This document shows positions 8,062 through 17,501 of a stretch of DNA of 64,000 nucleotides, piece after piece. The notes beneath the pieces are model-generated. The model had not been told where the DNA came from. It ran no database searches and saw nothing but the letters and a program-made list of their open reading frames with translations. The position numbers were made by a program, and so were the translations under genes. The stretch's first letter is position 1. The number at the start of each line of letters is the position of its first letter. Source of the DNA: Halioglobus sp. (lineage in GTDB: Bacteria; Pseudomonadota; Gammaproteobacteria; Pseudomonadales; Halieaceae); contig JBGCGJ010000011.1 of assembly GCA_045110675.1 (NCBI GenBank), positions 54,421 to 118,420 on the forward strand. The letters are read 5' to 3'.

Positions 8062-10485
8062 ATGAATCAGATAGAAGAAATCTTTGAAACGATGAGTTAC
8101 GGTCCGGCGCCCGAGCAATCTGACTACGTCGAAAATTGGTTGCATGAACACCGTGACGGCTTTGCGTTGTTTATTGACGGGAAGTGGACGCCATCCAACG
8201 GTGAATCTGAAGCAATTATCAGCCGTAACCCAGCGACTGGCGAAATCCTAGGCAACATTAGCGCGGCGGGAAAGGAGGACGTCGATCGCGCCGTATCGGC
8301 AGCAGCCAATGCATTCCCTGCATGGAGTAAAACCCCTGGCCATGAACGAGCAAAATACCTGTACGCACTAGCCAGATCGGTGCAGAAAAACAGTCGTTTT
8401 CTCGCCGTACTGGAAACCCTGGACAACGGAAAACCGATTCGTGAAACCCGCGACATCGATATTCCCCTCGTGGCGAGGCATTTCTATCATCACGCTGGCT
8501 GGGCCCAGTTAATGGAGAGTGAGTTTCCTGAACAACAGGCCCTAGGTGTTGTGGGTCAGATCATCCCCTGGAACTTTCCCTTGTTGATGATGGCCTGGAA
8601 GATCGCGCCTGCAATAGCAGCGGGAAACTGTGTGGTGATTAAACCCGCTGAATACACCAGCCTGAGCGCCCTGTACCTCGCCCACTTGTGCATGGAAATA
8701 AAACTACCTCCCGGTGTCATCAACATTATCACCGGCGCTGGCGAGACCGGCGAACATATTGTTCAACACCCCGACGTGAGTAAAATCGCATTCACCGGTT
8801 CAACAGACGTGGGCAAACGTATTCGCCAGATCACCGCAGGCTCGAGCAAAAAGCTGACCTTGGAACTGGGTGGAAAATCACCCTTTATCGTTTTTGAAGA
8901 CGCAGACATAGACAGCGCCGTCGAAGGGCTAGTCGACGCTATCTGGTTTAACCAGGGCCAGGTGTGTTGTGCGGGATCGCGCCTTCTCGTTCAAGAAGGT
9001 GTTGCCGACAAACTCATCGCCAAGGTAAAAGCTCGGTTGGAAAATTTTAGAATTGGCAATCCCCTGGATAAAACAGTTGATATGGGAGCAATTGTTGATC
9101 CGATCCAACTTGAAAGAATCGAGGCTCTGGTGAGTGCCGGTGTCCAAGAAGGTGCTACCAAATGGCAGCCTACTACCGTGGCATGTCCAGAAGAAGGTTG
9201 TTTTTACCCGCCAACCCTACTCACCGATGTTGACTCCAGCAATACTGTGGCTCGGGAAGAGATTTTTGGCCCGGTTCTTACCGCTATGACCTTTCGCACC
9301 CTGAACGAAGCCGTCGCATTGGCCAATAATATTCGCTACGGTCTAGCCGCAAGTATTTGGTCTGAGAATATCAATCGCGCACTGGAAATTTCATCTCAGG
9401 TCAAAGCGGGAGTTGTCTGGGTAAACTGCACCAATCAATTTGACGCCGCCTGTGGTTTTGGAGGCTATCGGGAATCGGGGTTTGGTCGAGAAGGCGGCAA
9501 AGAAGGCATGTACGAATATCTGACAGAGATTCGACACCAGCCGAAAAATCCTGCTTGTATTATTGAGCCTCCTTTATCCGTCGAGGATGTCACTCAAAGC
9601 CATGCGAGTTCTGGCATAGATCAAACTGCGAAACACTATATAGGAGGTAAACAAGTTCGTGCAGACAATGGTTTATCCGATTTGCTGGTCGATTACAAGG
9701 CGCAGCCGGCAGGTCGCGTTGCCAGCGGCAGTCGCAAAGATATTCGCGATGCCGTAGAGGCCGCTGCTAAATCGAGTGCTTGGTCTAATGCCACCGCGCA
9801 CACCCGAGCGCAGATACTATTTTTTATCGCAGAAAATCTAGAGCGGCGAGGAAAAGAATTTCAACAGACACTTGTTTCACTCACAGGCGCAAGCAAGCGT
9901 CAGGCAAAAACGGAGTTCAGCGCAACGCTCTCTCGCTTATTCTCCTACGCAGCTTGGGCTGACAAGTTTGACGGTGCCGTTCATACGCCACCGCAAAATA
10001 ATGTCGCGCTGGCTGTAAACGAACCTATTGGTGTTGTCGGGATAGCCTGCCCTGATGTATTCCCTCTGCTGTCTTTTGTATCATTAGTAGCGCCTGCGAT
10101 AGCAATGGGAAATAGGACTGTTGTCATCCCGTCTCAGCGATACCCTCTTGTCGCCACGGATTTTTACCAGGTTCTGGAGACATCAGACGTACCTGCTGGC
10201 GTGGTAAATATTGTCACTGGTCAACGAGACCCGCTGACGAAAACCATGGCCGAACATCATCGGGTAGACGCACTGTGGTACCACGGCAGCGCCCAAGGAA
10301 GTGAAATGCTTGAGCATGCATCTGCAAGCAATCTGAAACGAACCTGGGTCAATAATGGTAAGGCGGTTGACTGGTTATCCAAAGCCCATGGCGAGGGTCG
10401 TCATTTTCTGCGGCAGGCCTGTCAGGTTAAAAATATATGGCTACCCTATGGGGATGAAAGTTCGGGTCCAAAGGCGGGTTACTAG
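8062..10485 (+). CDS. aldehyde dehydrogenase with an extra C-terminal truncated ALDH-like module
   Basis: 807 aa. The N-terminal ~500 aa carry IIPWNFPLLM, ELGGKSP, catalytic QGQVCCAGSR and EEIFGPV. Residues ~520-807 repeat only the first half of the fold (EPIGVVGIACPDVFPLLSF ... APAIAMGN). Confidence 0.85.
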   Translation: MNQIEEIFETMSYGPAPEQSDYVENWLHEHRDGFALFIDGKWTPSNGESEAIISRNPATGEILGNISAAGKEDVDRAVSAAANAFPAWSKTPGHERAKYLYALARSVQKNSRFLAVLETLDNGKPIRETRDIDIPLVARHFYHHAGWAQLMESEFPEQQALGVVGQIIPWNFPLLMMAWKIAPAIAAGNCVVIKPAEYTSLSALYLAHLCMEIKLPPGVINIITGAGETGEHIVQHPDVSKIAFTGSTDVGKRIRQITAGSSKKLTLELGGKSPFIVFEDADIDSAVEGLVDAIWFNQGQVCCAGSRLLVQEGVADKLIAKVKARLENFRIGNPLDKTVDMGAIVDPIQLERIEALVSAGVQEGATKWQPTTVACPEEGCFYPPTLLTDVDSSNTVAREEIFGPVLTAMTFRTLNEAVALANNIRYGLAASIWSENINRALEISSQVKAGVVWVNCTNQFDAACGFGGYRESGFGREGGKEGMYEYLTEIRHQPKNPACIIEPPLSVEDVTQSHASSGIDQTAKHYIGGKQVRADNGLSDLLVDYKAQPAGRVASGSRKDIRDAVEAAAKSSAWSNATAHTRAQILFFIAENLERRGKEFQQTLVSLTGASKRQAKTEFSATLSRLFSYAAWADKFDGAVHTPPQNNVALAVNEPIGVVGIACPDVFPLLSFVSLVAPAIAMGNRTVVIPSQRYPLVATDFYQVLETSDVPAGVVNIVTGQRDPLTKTMAEHHRVDALWYHGSAQGSEMLEHASASNLKRTWVNNGKAVDWLSKAHGEGRHFLRQACQVKNIWLPYGDESSGPKAGY

Positions 10486-10922
10486 GCTTTTACGGTCACC
10501 CAGACGCCGACAAACACTAAAGAAAGGCCAAGGACGCGACTAAGTTCAATCGGTTTTGTGGTCAGGCCGAAAGCGCCGAGGTGATCCAGGACTGCCCCGG
10601 TAAACAGTTGACCTGCCACAACCAGGACCATGGCTTGCGCCGCTCCAATGATGGGTATGAGATAAGAAATAGCGCCGACAACGACCAAGCCAAGTAGGCC
10701 GCCGCACAGGATGTACCAAGGCAAACTGTGCCACTGGGCCAATTTGCCACCGCCCATAAAAACCAGGGGCACTAACGCGGAAATTGCTCCCCCTAAATGA
10801 ATAATGAAGACCGCTTCCCATATTCCCAGACGCTGACCAATCAAACTGGAAAAAGGGCCCTGCAGTCCGATGGCTATACCGCCACAAAGGCCGATAAAAA
10901 TGATGGGGATAATCGCGGTCAT
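10482..10922 (-). CDS. small DMT-superfamily membrane protein (YdcZ/DUF606-like)
   Basis: 146 aa with about 5 hydrophobic helices. The family assignment is from overall resemblance only. Confidence 0.5.
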   Translation of the reverse strand: MTAIIPIIFIGLCGGIAIGLQGPFSSLIGQRLGIWEAVFIIHLGGAISALVPLVFMGGGKLAQWHSLPWYILCGGLLGLVVVGAISYLIPIIGAAQAMVLVVAGQLFTGAVLDHLGAFGLTTKPIELSRVLGLSLVFVGVWVTVKA

Positions 10923-11041
10923 AACTTGATCTCACATTGCCGACTGTTTTTTAACAACGTACTGTAACAGCACCCACAAAAGGGTACGATACCTAAGAGG
11001 CAGTGGATAGCAGTACCCCGAAATTTTTGAAGGATTTATGC

Positions 11042-12484
11042 ATGGCACAATTTAGCGGCTTGATAGGAATCGTATTGATATTCGCATTGGCGTTTACACT
11101 GTCCAATAATCCCCGAGCCGTCAATTGGAGACTGGTGATATGTGGACTTAGCCTTCAGTTACTACTGGCCATCTTTATTCTGCAAACACCTTGGGGGCAA
11201 GGCCTGTTCGAATTTCTAGGTAGAGCCGTAGAAAAAGTGCTCAGTTTTGCCAACGCGGGAGCCGTATTTGTTCTTGGCCCCCTGGCGGACAGTGAGACCA
11301 TGGTGTCGACCTTTGGGCCAGCGGGGTCGTTTATCTTTGCCTTCAAGCTGGTTCCCACTCTGATATTCATCGCCTCTCTTGCAGCGCTCGCCTATCACTT
11401 GGGGTTGATGCAGCGAATCGTCAACGGTTTTTCCTGGGCCATTTATCGGATTATGGGCGCGAGCGGTTCCGAGGCGACCTCTAACGCTGCCAGCGTTTTA
11501 GTTGGGCAGGTCGAAGCGCAAATTCTGATTAAACCTTACATGCCGACCGTGACAAATTCAGAGCTGTTAGCGATTATGGCCGGTTCAATGGCCTGTATCT
11601 CGGGCGCTATCATGGCGGTTTATATACAAATGGGTGTCTCCGCATCCTATATGATGGCGGCCAGCGTTATGGCGATACCCGGCGCACTGGTGATTTCAAA
11701 AATTGTCTTTCCGGAAACCGAAGCTTCTCCAACCCGCGGTCAGATAGAACTGGAAGTTGAAAAGACTTCGGTGAACTCAATCGATGCCATGGCAAAAGGT
11801 GCGGCGGATGGGTTAAACATTGGCGTGATAGTTTGCGGCCTGCTTATTGCCGCGATGGCCGCGATCACACTCATCGATTACCTGCTGGGTAAAGTCGGCT
11901 TGCTACTGGTAACGACCTTCTTTGACTCCGCAAAGGATGTTGTGTTTTTACATATCGACTTGAACAATCTGAGTTTGGGCGGAATTCTCGGTGGTCTGTT
12001 CCGCTACGCCGCTCTGGCTATGGGTGTTCCATCGCAGGACGCTACTATCGTCGGAGGGCTTATGGGTACCAAAATGGTGATCAATGAGTTTGTAGCTTAT
12101 AGCCAAATGACATCGCTGACCGGAGAGGAAGTGCTGAGTCCAAAAGCCAATATTATCGCAACCTTTGCTCTGTGTGGCTTTGCGAATTTTATGTCGGTGG
12201 CAATGCTAATTGGTGGACTGGGAGAACTTGCGCCCGAGCGCAAGCACGACTTGGCGAGATTGGGTGTAAAAGCAATGGTGGTCGGTACCATGGCATCCTA
12301 TCTTTCCGCTTCAATCGCTGGGATGCTGTTTAGCGATCCCTCCGCTGCATCGGATACTTCACTGTTGTTACCGTTTTTTATTATGGGACTTTGCGTTGCG
12401 ATTATTCTGACGTTTTTCTGGGCCACCAAGAACCCGGACAGCGCCCCTGAATTCCTAACCCGAATAACCCGTGCACACAGTTAA
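11042..12484 (+). CDS. nupC: concentrative nucleoside transporter, NupC family
   Basis: C-terminal region GTKMVINEFVAY ... ALCGFANFMSVAMLIGGLG matches the NupC/CNT pattern as I recall it. ATG 11042 is preferred over GTG 11003. Confidence 0.8.
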   Translation: MAQFSGLIGIVLIFALAFTLSNNPRAVNWRLVICGLSLQLLLAIFILQTPWGQGLFEFLGRAVEKVLSFANAGAVFVLGPLADSETMVSTFGPAGSFIFAFKLVPTLIFIASLAALAYHLGLMQRIVNGFSWAIYRIMGASGSEATSNAASVLVGQVEAQILIKPYMPTVTNSELLAIMAGSMACISGAIMAVYIQMGVSASYMMAASVMAIPGALVISKIVFPETEASPTRGQIELEVEKTSVNSIDAMAKGAADGLNIGVIVCGLLIAAMAAITLIDYLLGKVGLLLVTTFFDSAKDVVFLHIDLNNLSLGGILGGLFRYAALAMGVPSQDATIVGGLMGTKMVINEFVAYSQMTSLTGEEVLSPKANIIATFALCGFANFMSVAMLIGGLGELAPERKHDLARLGVKAMVVGTMASYLSASIAGMLFSDPSAASDTSLLLPFFIMGLCVAIILTFFWATKNPDSAPEFLTRITRAHS

Positions 12485-12513
12485 CTCAATTCAAACCTAC
12501 GAGATCCAGATAT

Positions 12514-13953
12514 ATGATAGGTAACAAGCTCTTCTTGTGCTTGAGCGCAGTCTCCAGTACAAAGACTCTTCTGCTCACCACTTTTCTTATTGCTGCATTA
12601 CCGGCTCAGGCCAAACATGCAGACCTGATAGTTTACGGTGATTATGTTGTCACTATGACGCCCGACAAATCTGTTTTGGAAGATGCTGCAGTCGCCATCG
12701 TCGCAGATAAGATTGTCGCCATAGGCGCCAGAGAAAGCGTCAACCGCGACTATATAGCGACACGCGTTATCGAGGGTAGGGGCAAGGTGATCATGCCCGG
12801 TCTTATCAATGGGCATACCCATAGCGCAATGACGCTTTTCCGGGGAATGGTGGACGACCTCGATCTCATGACCTGGTTGAATGAATACGTTTTCCCGATG
12901 GAGGGTCAGTTCGTCAGTTCGGAATTTGTACAAACTGGTGCGCAGCTGGCGTGTTGGGAAATGATTAGAAGTGGCACAACGACTTTCGTCGACATGTATT
13001 TCTATCCCGACGAAATAGCGCGCGTCGTTGAAGACTGCGGTCTTCGCGCAGTGGTCGCGGCGCCGCACATCGACTTTCCAAGTCCAGGTTTTAAGGGCTG
13101 GGACGATTCTTTCGCCGCCGCGGCAGATTTCGTAAAACGATGGCAGGGTAAAAACCCGCGCATTACCCCCGCTTTCGCACCACATGCGCCTTACACGGTT
13201 TCACCAGAGCATCTTAAGGCGACGGTGGAAAAGGCACAGGCCTTAAATGCGCCGATATCGATGCATCTGGCTGAAGCTCCTGCTGAATCACACTATATTG
13301 AAGAAAATTTTCAGACAACCCCGGTCAAACACGTCTCTGGCCTGGGAATGTTTTCCGAAAAACTCATCGCAGCGCATATGGTTCAACTGGATGAGGAGGA
13401 CATTACTCTTACCGCTAACGCGGGTGTGGGAGCAATACACAATCCTACTTCGAATATGAAGCTGGGGGCAGGCGTTTCTCCCGTGCCCGCAATGCTAGCG
13501 GCGGGTGTGAGCGTAGGGCTGGGTACCGACGGAGCAGCCTCAAACAATGATCTGGATCTTTGGGAAGAGATTCGGATGGCCGCACTGTTGCACAAGGTGA
13601 ACAGCGGAGATCCAACCGCCCTGCCCGCTCTGCAAGCCTTGAATATGGCGACGAGTATTGGAGCGAAAGCCATTCATATGGAAACGGACATAGGCCAACT
13701 TACGGTTGGCCGTCAGGCAGACTTGATACAGCTTGATGTTGAGCAAACGCGACATTTACCACTGTACGATATCGTTTCGCACTTGGTGTATGTGCTAGAT
13801 AGCGGTGATGTTACCACCACAGTGGTGGCTGGAAAGATTTTGATGGCGGATCGTAAAGTGCTCACGATTGACGAGGTTCAGCTGCGCCGAGAAGTTCGTA
13901 AAAAAAGTGCGGAGATCAGGGCCGCTCTTAAGCAGCCCAAGAAAACACCATAG
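12514..13953 (+). CDS. exported amidohydrolase of the MtaD / TRZ-ATZ / nucleobase-nucleoside deaminase subgroup
   Basis: 479 aa. Metal ligands are NGHTHSAM, SMHLAE and GTDGAASNN. The N-terminus LLLTTFLIAALPAQA-KH resembles a signal peptide. Confidence 0.75.
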   Translation: MIGNKLFLCLSAVSSTKTLLLTTFLIAALPAQAKHADLIVYGDYVVTMTPDKSVLEDAAVAIVADKIVAIGARESVNRDYIATRVIEGRGKVIMPGLINGHTHSAMTLFRGMVDDLDLMTWLNEYVFPMEGQFVSSEFVQTGAQLACWEMIRSGTTTFVDMYFYPDEIARVVEDCGLRAVVAAPHIDFPSPGFKGWDDSFAAAADFVKRWQGKNPRITPAFAPHAPYTVSPEHLKATVEKAQALNAPISMHLAEAPAESHYIEENFQTTPVKHVSGLGMFSEKLIAAHMVQLDEEDITLTANAGVGAIHNPTSNMKLGAGVSPVPAMLAAGVSVGLGTDGAASNNDLDLWEEIRMAALLHKVNSGDPTALPALQALNMATSIGAKAIHMETDIGQLTVGRQADLIQLDVEQTRHLPLYDIVSHLVYVLDSGDVTTTVVAGKILMADRKVLTIDEVQLRREVRKKSAEIRAALKQPKKTP

Positions 13954-13957
13954 TGAA

Positions 13958-15208
13958 TTAATCCACTCGAGGATGCAAAACAACCGGCAAGTTGGTGTAG
14001 CCCATGACAAAGTTGGAGCACACACGCTCTGGTTCTCGCTTCACTTCAATGCGATCAAAACGCTTGAGTAATTCTTCCCACAAGATCTTTAGCTGCATTT
14101 CTCCCAAGCGATTTCCCATGCAGCGATGTATGCCAAATCCAAAGGAGACATGATGACGCGCTTTTGGTCGATCGACCATAAAGGCATCGGCATTCGGTAT
14201 TACCTCTTCATCGCGATTTCCAGAGATGTACCACATCACCACCTTGTCGCCTTTCTTGATGGTCTTGCCACCGAGCTCTACATCTTCAGTGGCGATACGG
14301 CGCATGTGTCCCAGGGGTGTTTGCCAGCGAATGATTTCTGAGACCATATTGGGAATGAGCCCATGATCAGCTTTGAGCTTGGCAAACTCTTCAGGATTGT
14401 TGTGCAGCGCCCATATACCGGCTGTCATAGAATTGCGCGTCGTGTCGTTGCCACCGACGATCAGCAGCATCAGATTGCCGAGGTATTCAAGTGGTTCCAT
14501 GTCCTTTGTATCGGGACTATGTGCTAGCAATGAAATAAAATCATTCTTAACCGGAGCCTCAGCTCTTTCTTTCCAAAGGCCGGCAAAGCACTCCAAACAT
14601 TCGAGCAGGATATCCCTTCGCTCTTCCTCTGTCATGCCACCTTCTTCGCCACTGACAGTTGGCGCTGTGGTTGTTACATCAGACCAATAGGTGAGCTTGT
14701 GCCGATCTTCGAAGGGAAAATCAAACAGGGTCGCAAGCATCTGGGTGGTCAGCTCAATAGAGACCTTTTCTACCCAATTGAACTCCTCACCCACAGGTAG
14801 AGAATCCAGCAAATTGCAGACTCGCTCTCGTATCAGATCGGACATCTCCGCCAGACGCTGGGGTGTGACAGCTGGAGTCACTGCTTTGCGCTGTACATCA
14901 TGTTTCGGTGAATCCATGGCGATAAACATGGGAGGCTCAAAATCAATCTCTGATTCGCCTAAAACGATCGAGGGCTCTGAGGAGAACAACTCGTGATGGC
15001 TGTCGACGAACACAATGTCGTTGAACTTGGTGATAGACCAGTAGGGACCAAACTCTTCGCTGTCGACAAAGTGCACGGGGTCTTCCTCGCGCAATCGCCT
15101 AAAATACTCCCAATGTGCCTGGGTCTGAAACAGCACGCCATCAGAGGGGTCCAGATCTTTTAGATCTAGGCTGTAGGGGTCAGGTATACCGGTAGCTGGA
15201 ACATTCAT
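13958..15208 (-). CDS. CYP153-family cytochrome P450 (alkane terminal hydroxylase type)
   Basis: Long stretches match CYP153A as I recall it: FGPYWSITK, PMFIAMDSPKHDVQRK, VSIELTTQMLATLFDFP, LLIVGGNDTTRN, EIIRWQTPL, FGFGIHRCMGNRL. Start trimmed to MNVPATG (ATG 15208), which is preceded by GAGG. Confidence 0.9.
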   Translation of the reverse strand: MNVPATGIPDPYSLDLKDLDPSDGVLFQTQAHWEYFRRLREEDPVHFVDSEEFGPYWSITKFNDIVFVDSHHELFSSEPSIVLGESEIDFEPPMFIAMDSPKHDVQRKAVTPAVTPQRLAEMSDLIRERVCNLLDSLPVGEEFNWVEKVSIELTTQMLATLFDFPFEDRHKLTYWSDVTTTAPTVSGEEGGMTEEERRDILLECLECFAGLWKERAEAPVKNDFISLLAHSPDTKDMEPLEYLGNLMLLIVGGNDTTRNSMTAGIWALHNNPEEFAKLKADHGLIPNMVSEIIRWQTPLGHMRRIATEDVELGGKTIKKGDKVVMWYISGNRDEEVIPNADAFMVDRPKARHHVSFGFGIHRCMGNRLGEMQLKILWEELLKRFDRIEVKREPERVCSNFVMGYTNLPVVLHPRVD

Positions 15209-15242
15209 AGTGAGCCTCGCTGTGGAGTAAGTCGTTGTACAA

Positions 15243-15563
15243 CTAGTGTTGCGATTCTGGCATGTGAACAACCAGCCCATTCAAATCGCTGGTGACGTCT
15301 ATCTGACAGGACAATCGGCTATTTTCCATGACGCCCTCAGCCAGCTGAAGCATGGATTCCTCCATGGCGTTCCGCTCCCCGGTCTTTTCCTGCCACTCGG
15401 GGGGCACAAAAATGTGGCAAGTCGCGCAGGCGCAGGCGCCACCACAATCGGCGTCAATCCCGGGAACGGAGTTGTCCACCGCAATCATCATGACAGACTT
15501 ACCTTCTTCTGCCTCGATGGTGTGCTCTGCGCCGTTGTGCTCTATATAGGTAATACTTACCAC
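15243..15563 (-). CDS. [2Fe-2S] ferredoxin, putidaredoxin/adrenodoxin type
   Basis: Cluster motif [11 protein letters not shown] plus distal LSCQ. GTG 15563 sits 6 nt after AAGGAGA and gives about 106 aa, typical for this family. Confidence 0.85.
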   Translation of the reverse strand: MVSITYIEHNGAEHTIEAEEGKSVMMIAVDNSVPGIDADCGGACACATCHIFVPPEWQEKTGERNAMEESMLQLAEGVMENSRLSCQIDVTSDLNGLVVHMPESQH

Positions 15564-15647
15564 ACTCACTCTCCTTTCATTGTTATCTGACAATACTAGT
15601 TCATACTCAGGTGCCGACAAAAGCATTCATTGACAATTATTTTGTCA

Positions 15648-17477
15648 TTAAATGACGCCATCGGTGGTTTTCTCAAGTTGTTCGCGGGACTGTTCGATGG
15701 CTGATTTCGGCAACAACGCTATGAGAGTGGTTCCCGCAGGAATCTCTGGCTGATGCTGATCAGTGAACGCCCGCAGCGATTGCTGGTCGTTGATGGTAAA
15801 CAGTGGAATAGCGTCTTTACCATACTCTTGAATGTACTCTTCCCAACCGAAGGAGTCGGTGAAGCGAGTGCTCTTAATTTCGGCTCCCTGAGCTACCAAA
15901 CTGGATAGCTTTTGTAAGGTTAGTGACTCGTCAAACAGACGTGGGACCCGATAGCGATCGTTCACTCGATTTTTTTCAGATGTGTCTTTCTCTTCGCTGG
16001 TGCGCAGGGAAAAGATTCGATTCACGCCGAACTCATTGCGATACTTCAGACACGACAAGGTATTCAATGCAGGCCTCCGTGACATGGCTAACAGCCGACC
16101 AATGCCAACAAGATCGAGATGTTGATCGGCATGGGCCGAAACGGGATTTCCGTAGTAAGTATCCAGACCCAGCATCCTCGCGGATTGGGTTTCACTCCAG
16201 CTGGTGCCGGTGATTTTTACACGATAACCCTTCTCCTGTAGCGCAATGCCAATTGCCCTTGCGACCGCATTTGCCCCGACAATCAAAATCCCTTTCGGCT
16301 CCTCTTCCATAACACCCAAAAAACTGGCGAGAGGTTTAGCCGTAAAACTATGTAAAAGCACAGTCACAATAATGACCAAGAATGTCATCGCGGAGAGTAT
16401 CTGCCCTTCGACGTAGCCGAAGGCTTCCAGTTTGATCGCAAACAACGAAGCAATGGCAGCGGCAACAATACCTCGGGGTGCAATCCACCCAATTAACGCC
16501 TTTTCTTGCCAACGCAGTTCCGAGCCAATAGTGGCCAACCACACCACGATTTGACGAGCCAACAGAATCACCAGGATAATACCTACAGAGGCCCATCCTG
16601 TTGCAAACAAGGTGCCCAGATCAACTCGCGCAGCCAGAGTGATAAACATTACGGAGATGATGAGGGTCGACAAACTCTCCTTGAAAGTCAGGATATCTTC
16701 CATATCGAGACCTTTGGTATTGGCCAGCCACACTCCCATAACCGTGACCGCTAGCAAGCCAGATTCGGCGGCGAAATGATTGGCAATGCTGAACACCGCC
16801 AGAACAAACGCCAAGGTGACAACATTGTGTAAGTATTCGGGAATCAGGTACCGACGCAGTAAGAAACCCACTGCGAGTGCTGCGATGGCCCCGCTGACCG
16901 CCCCCACTGCCAGTTCCTCCAGCAATATCCACCAGGAGATATCCTGGACTTCTGCGGAAATAAACTTAAAGACCAAAACAGCGAGCACAGCGCCAATCGG
17001 GTCGATAAGAATGCCTTCCCAGCGCAGGATATTGCTCACGATCGGGGTGGGCCTCACCGTGCGAAGTAACGGAATGATGACCGTGGGACCAGTGACAACC
17101 ACCAGGGCCCCAAACAGCAAGCTCAGCATCCAGGGCAGATCTGTAAACGCCCAGGTACCGCCTGCAATCAACAACCAGTTCAGAACCGCTCCCCAGCTGA
17201 TGAGGTGGCTCACCACTGCTCCATGGCCGCGAATATCTTTGAATCGAAGCGTCAGCGCACCTTCGAACAAAACTACAGCGACGCCAAGAGATATCATGGG
17301 GAACAGCAACTCGCCGAAGGCTTCATCCGGGTTCAAGACGCCGGTCACTGGCCCGGCAACAATTCCAATTAGCAGAAGTAAGAGTATTGATGGAAGCTTG
17401 AGCCACCAGGAAATCCACTGGGCTAAAATGCCCAGGACCAGCACCAGGGTAATGAGTGCAATCAGTTCTTCGTGCAT
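15648..17477 (-). CDS. cation:proton antiporter (CPA1/NhaP-like) with a C-terminal Rossmann (RCK/TrkA-N-like) domain
   Basis: 609 aa. About 12 TM helices are followed by ILIVGANAVARAIGIALQEKGYRV. Confidence 0.8.
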   Translation of the reverse strand: MHEELIALITLVLVLGILAQWISWWLKLPSILLLLLIGIVAGPVTGVLNPDEAFGELLFPMISLGVAVVLFEGALTLRFKDIRGHGAVVSHLISWGAVLNWLLIAGGTWAFTDLPWMLSLLFGALVVVTGPTVIIPLLRTVRPTPIVSNILRWEGILIDPIGAVLAVLVFKFISAEVQDISWWILLEELAVGAVSGAIAALAVGFLLRRYLIPEYLHNVVTLAFVLAVFSIANHFAAESGLLAVTVMGVWLANTKGLDMEDILTFKESLSTLIISVMFITLAARVDLGTLFATGWASVGIILVILLARQIVVWLATIGSELRWQEKALIGWIAPRGIVAAAIASLFAIKLEAFGYVEGQILSAMTFLVIIVTVLLHSFTAKPLASFLGVMEEEPKGILIVGANAVARAIGIALQEKGYRVKITGTSWSETQSARMLGLDTYYGNPVSAHADQHLDLVGIGRLLAMSRRPALNTLSCLKYRNEFGVNRIFSLRTSEEKDTSEKNRVNDRYRVPRLFDESLTLQKLSSLVAQGAEIKSTRFTDSFGWEEYIQEYGKDAIPLFTINDQQSLRAFTDQHQPEIPAGTTLIALLPKSAIEQSREQLEKTTDGVI

Positions 17478-17501
17478 ATTATTATTTACCCGGTGGGGTG
17501 A

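Noticed and set aside
12598-13185. 195-aa ORF antisense to the amidohydrolase gene
   Set aside because: It is embedded opposite a gene with clear catalytic motifs and has Arg/Cys-rich non-protein-like composition. The same reasoning applies to the other long antisense ORFs at 37063-37554, 48135-48638, 49070-49624, 20649-21134 and 41924-42373.
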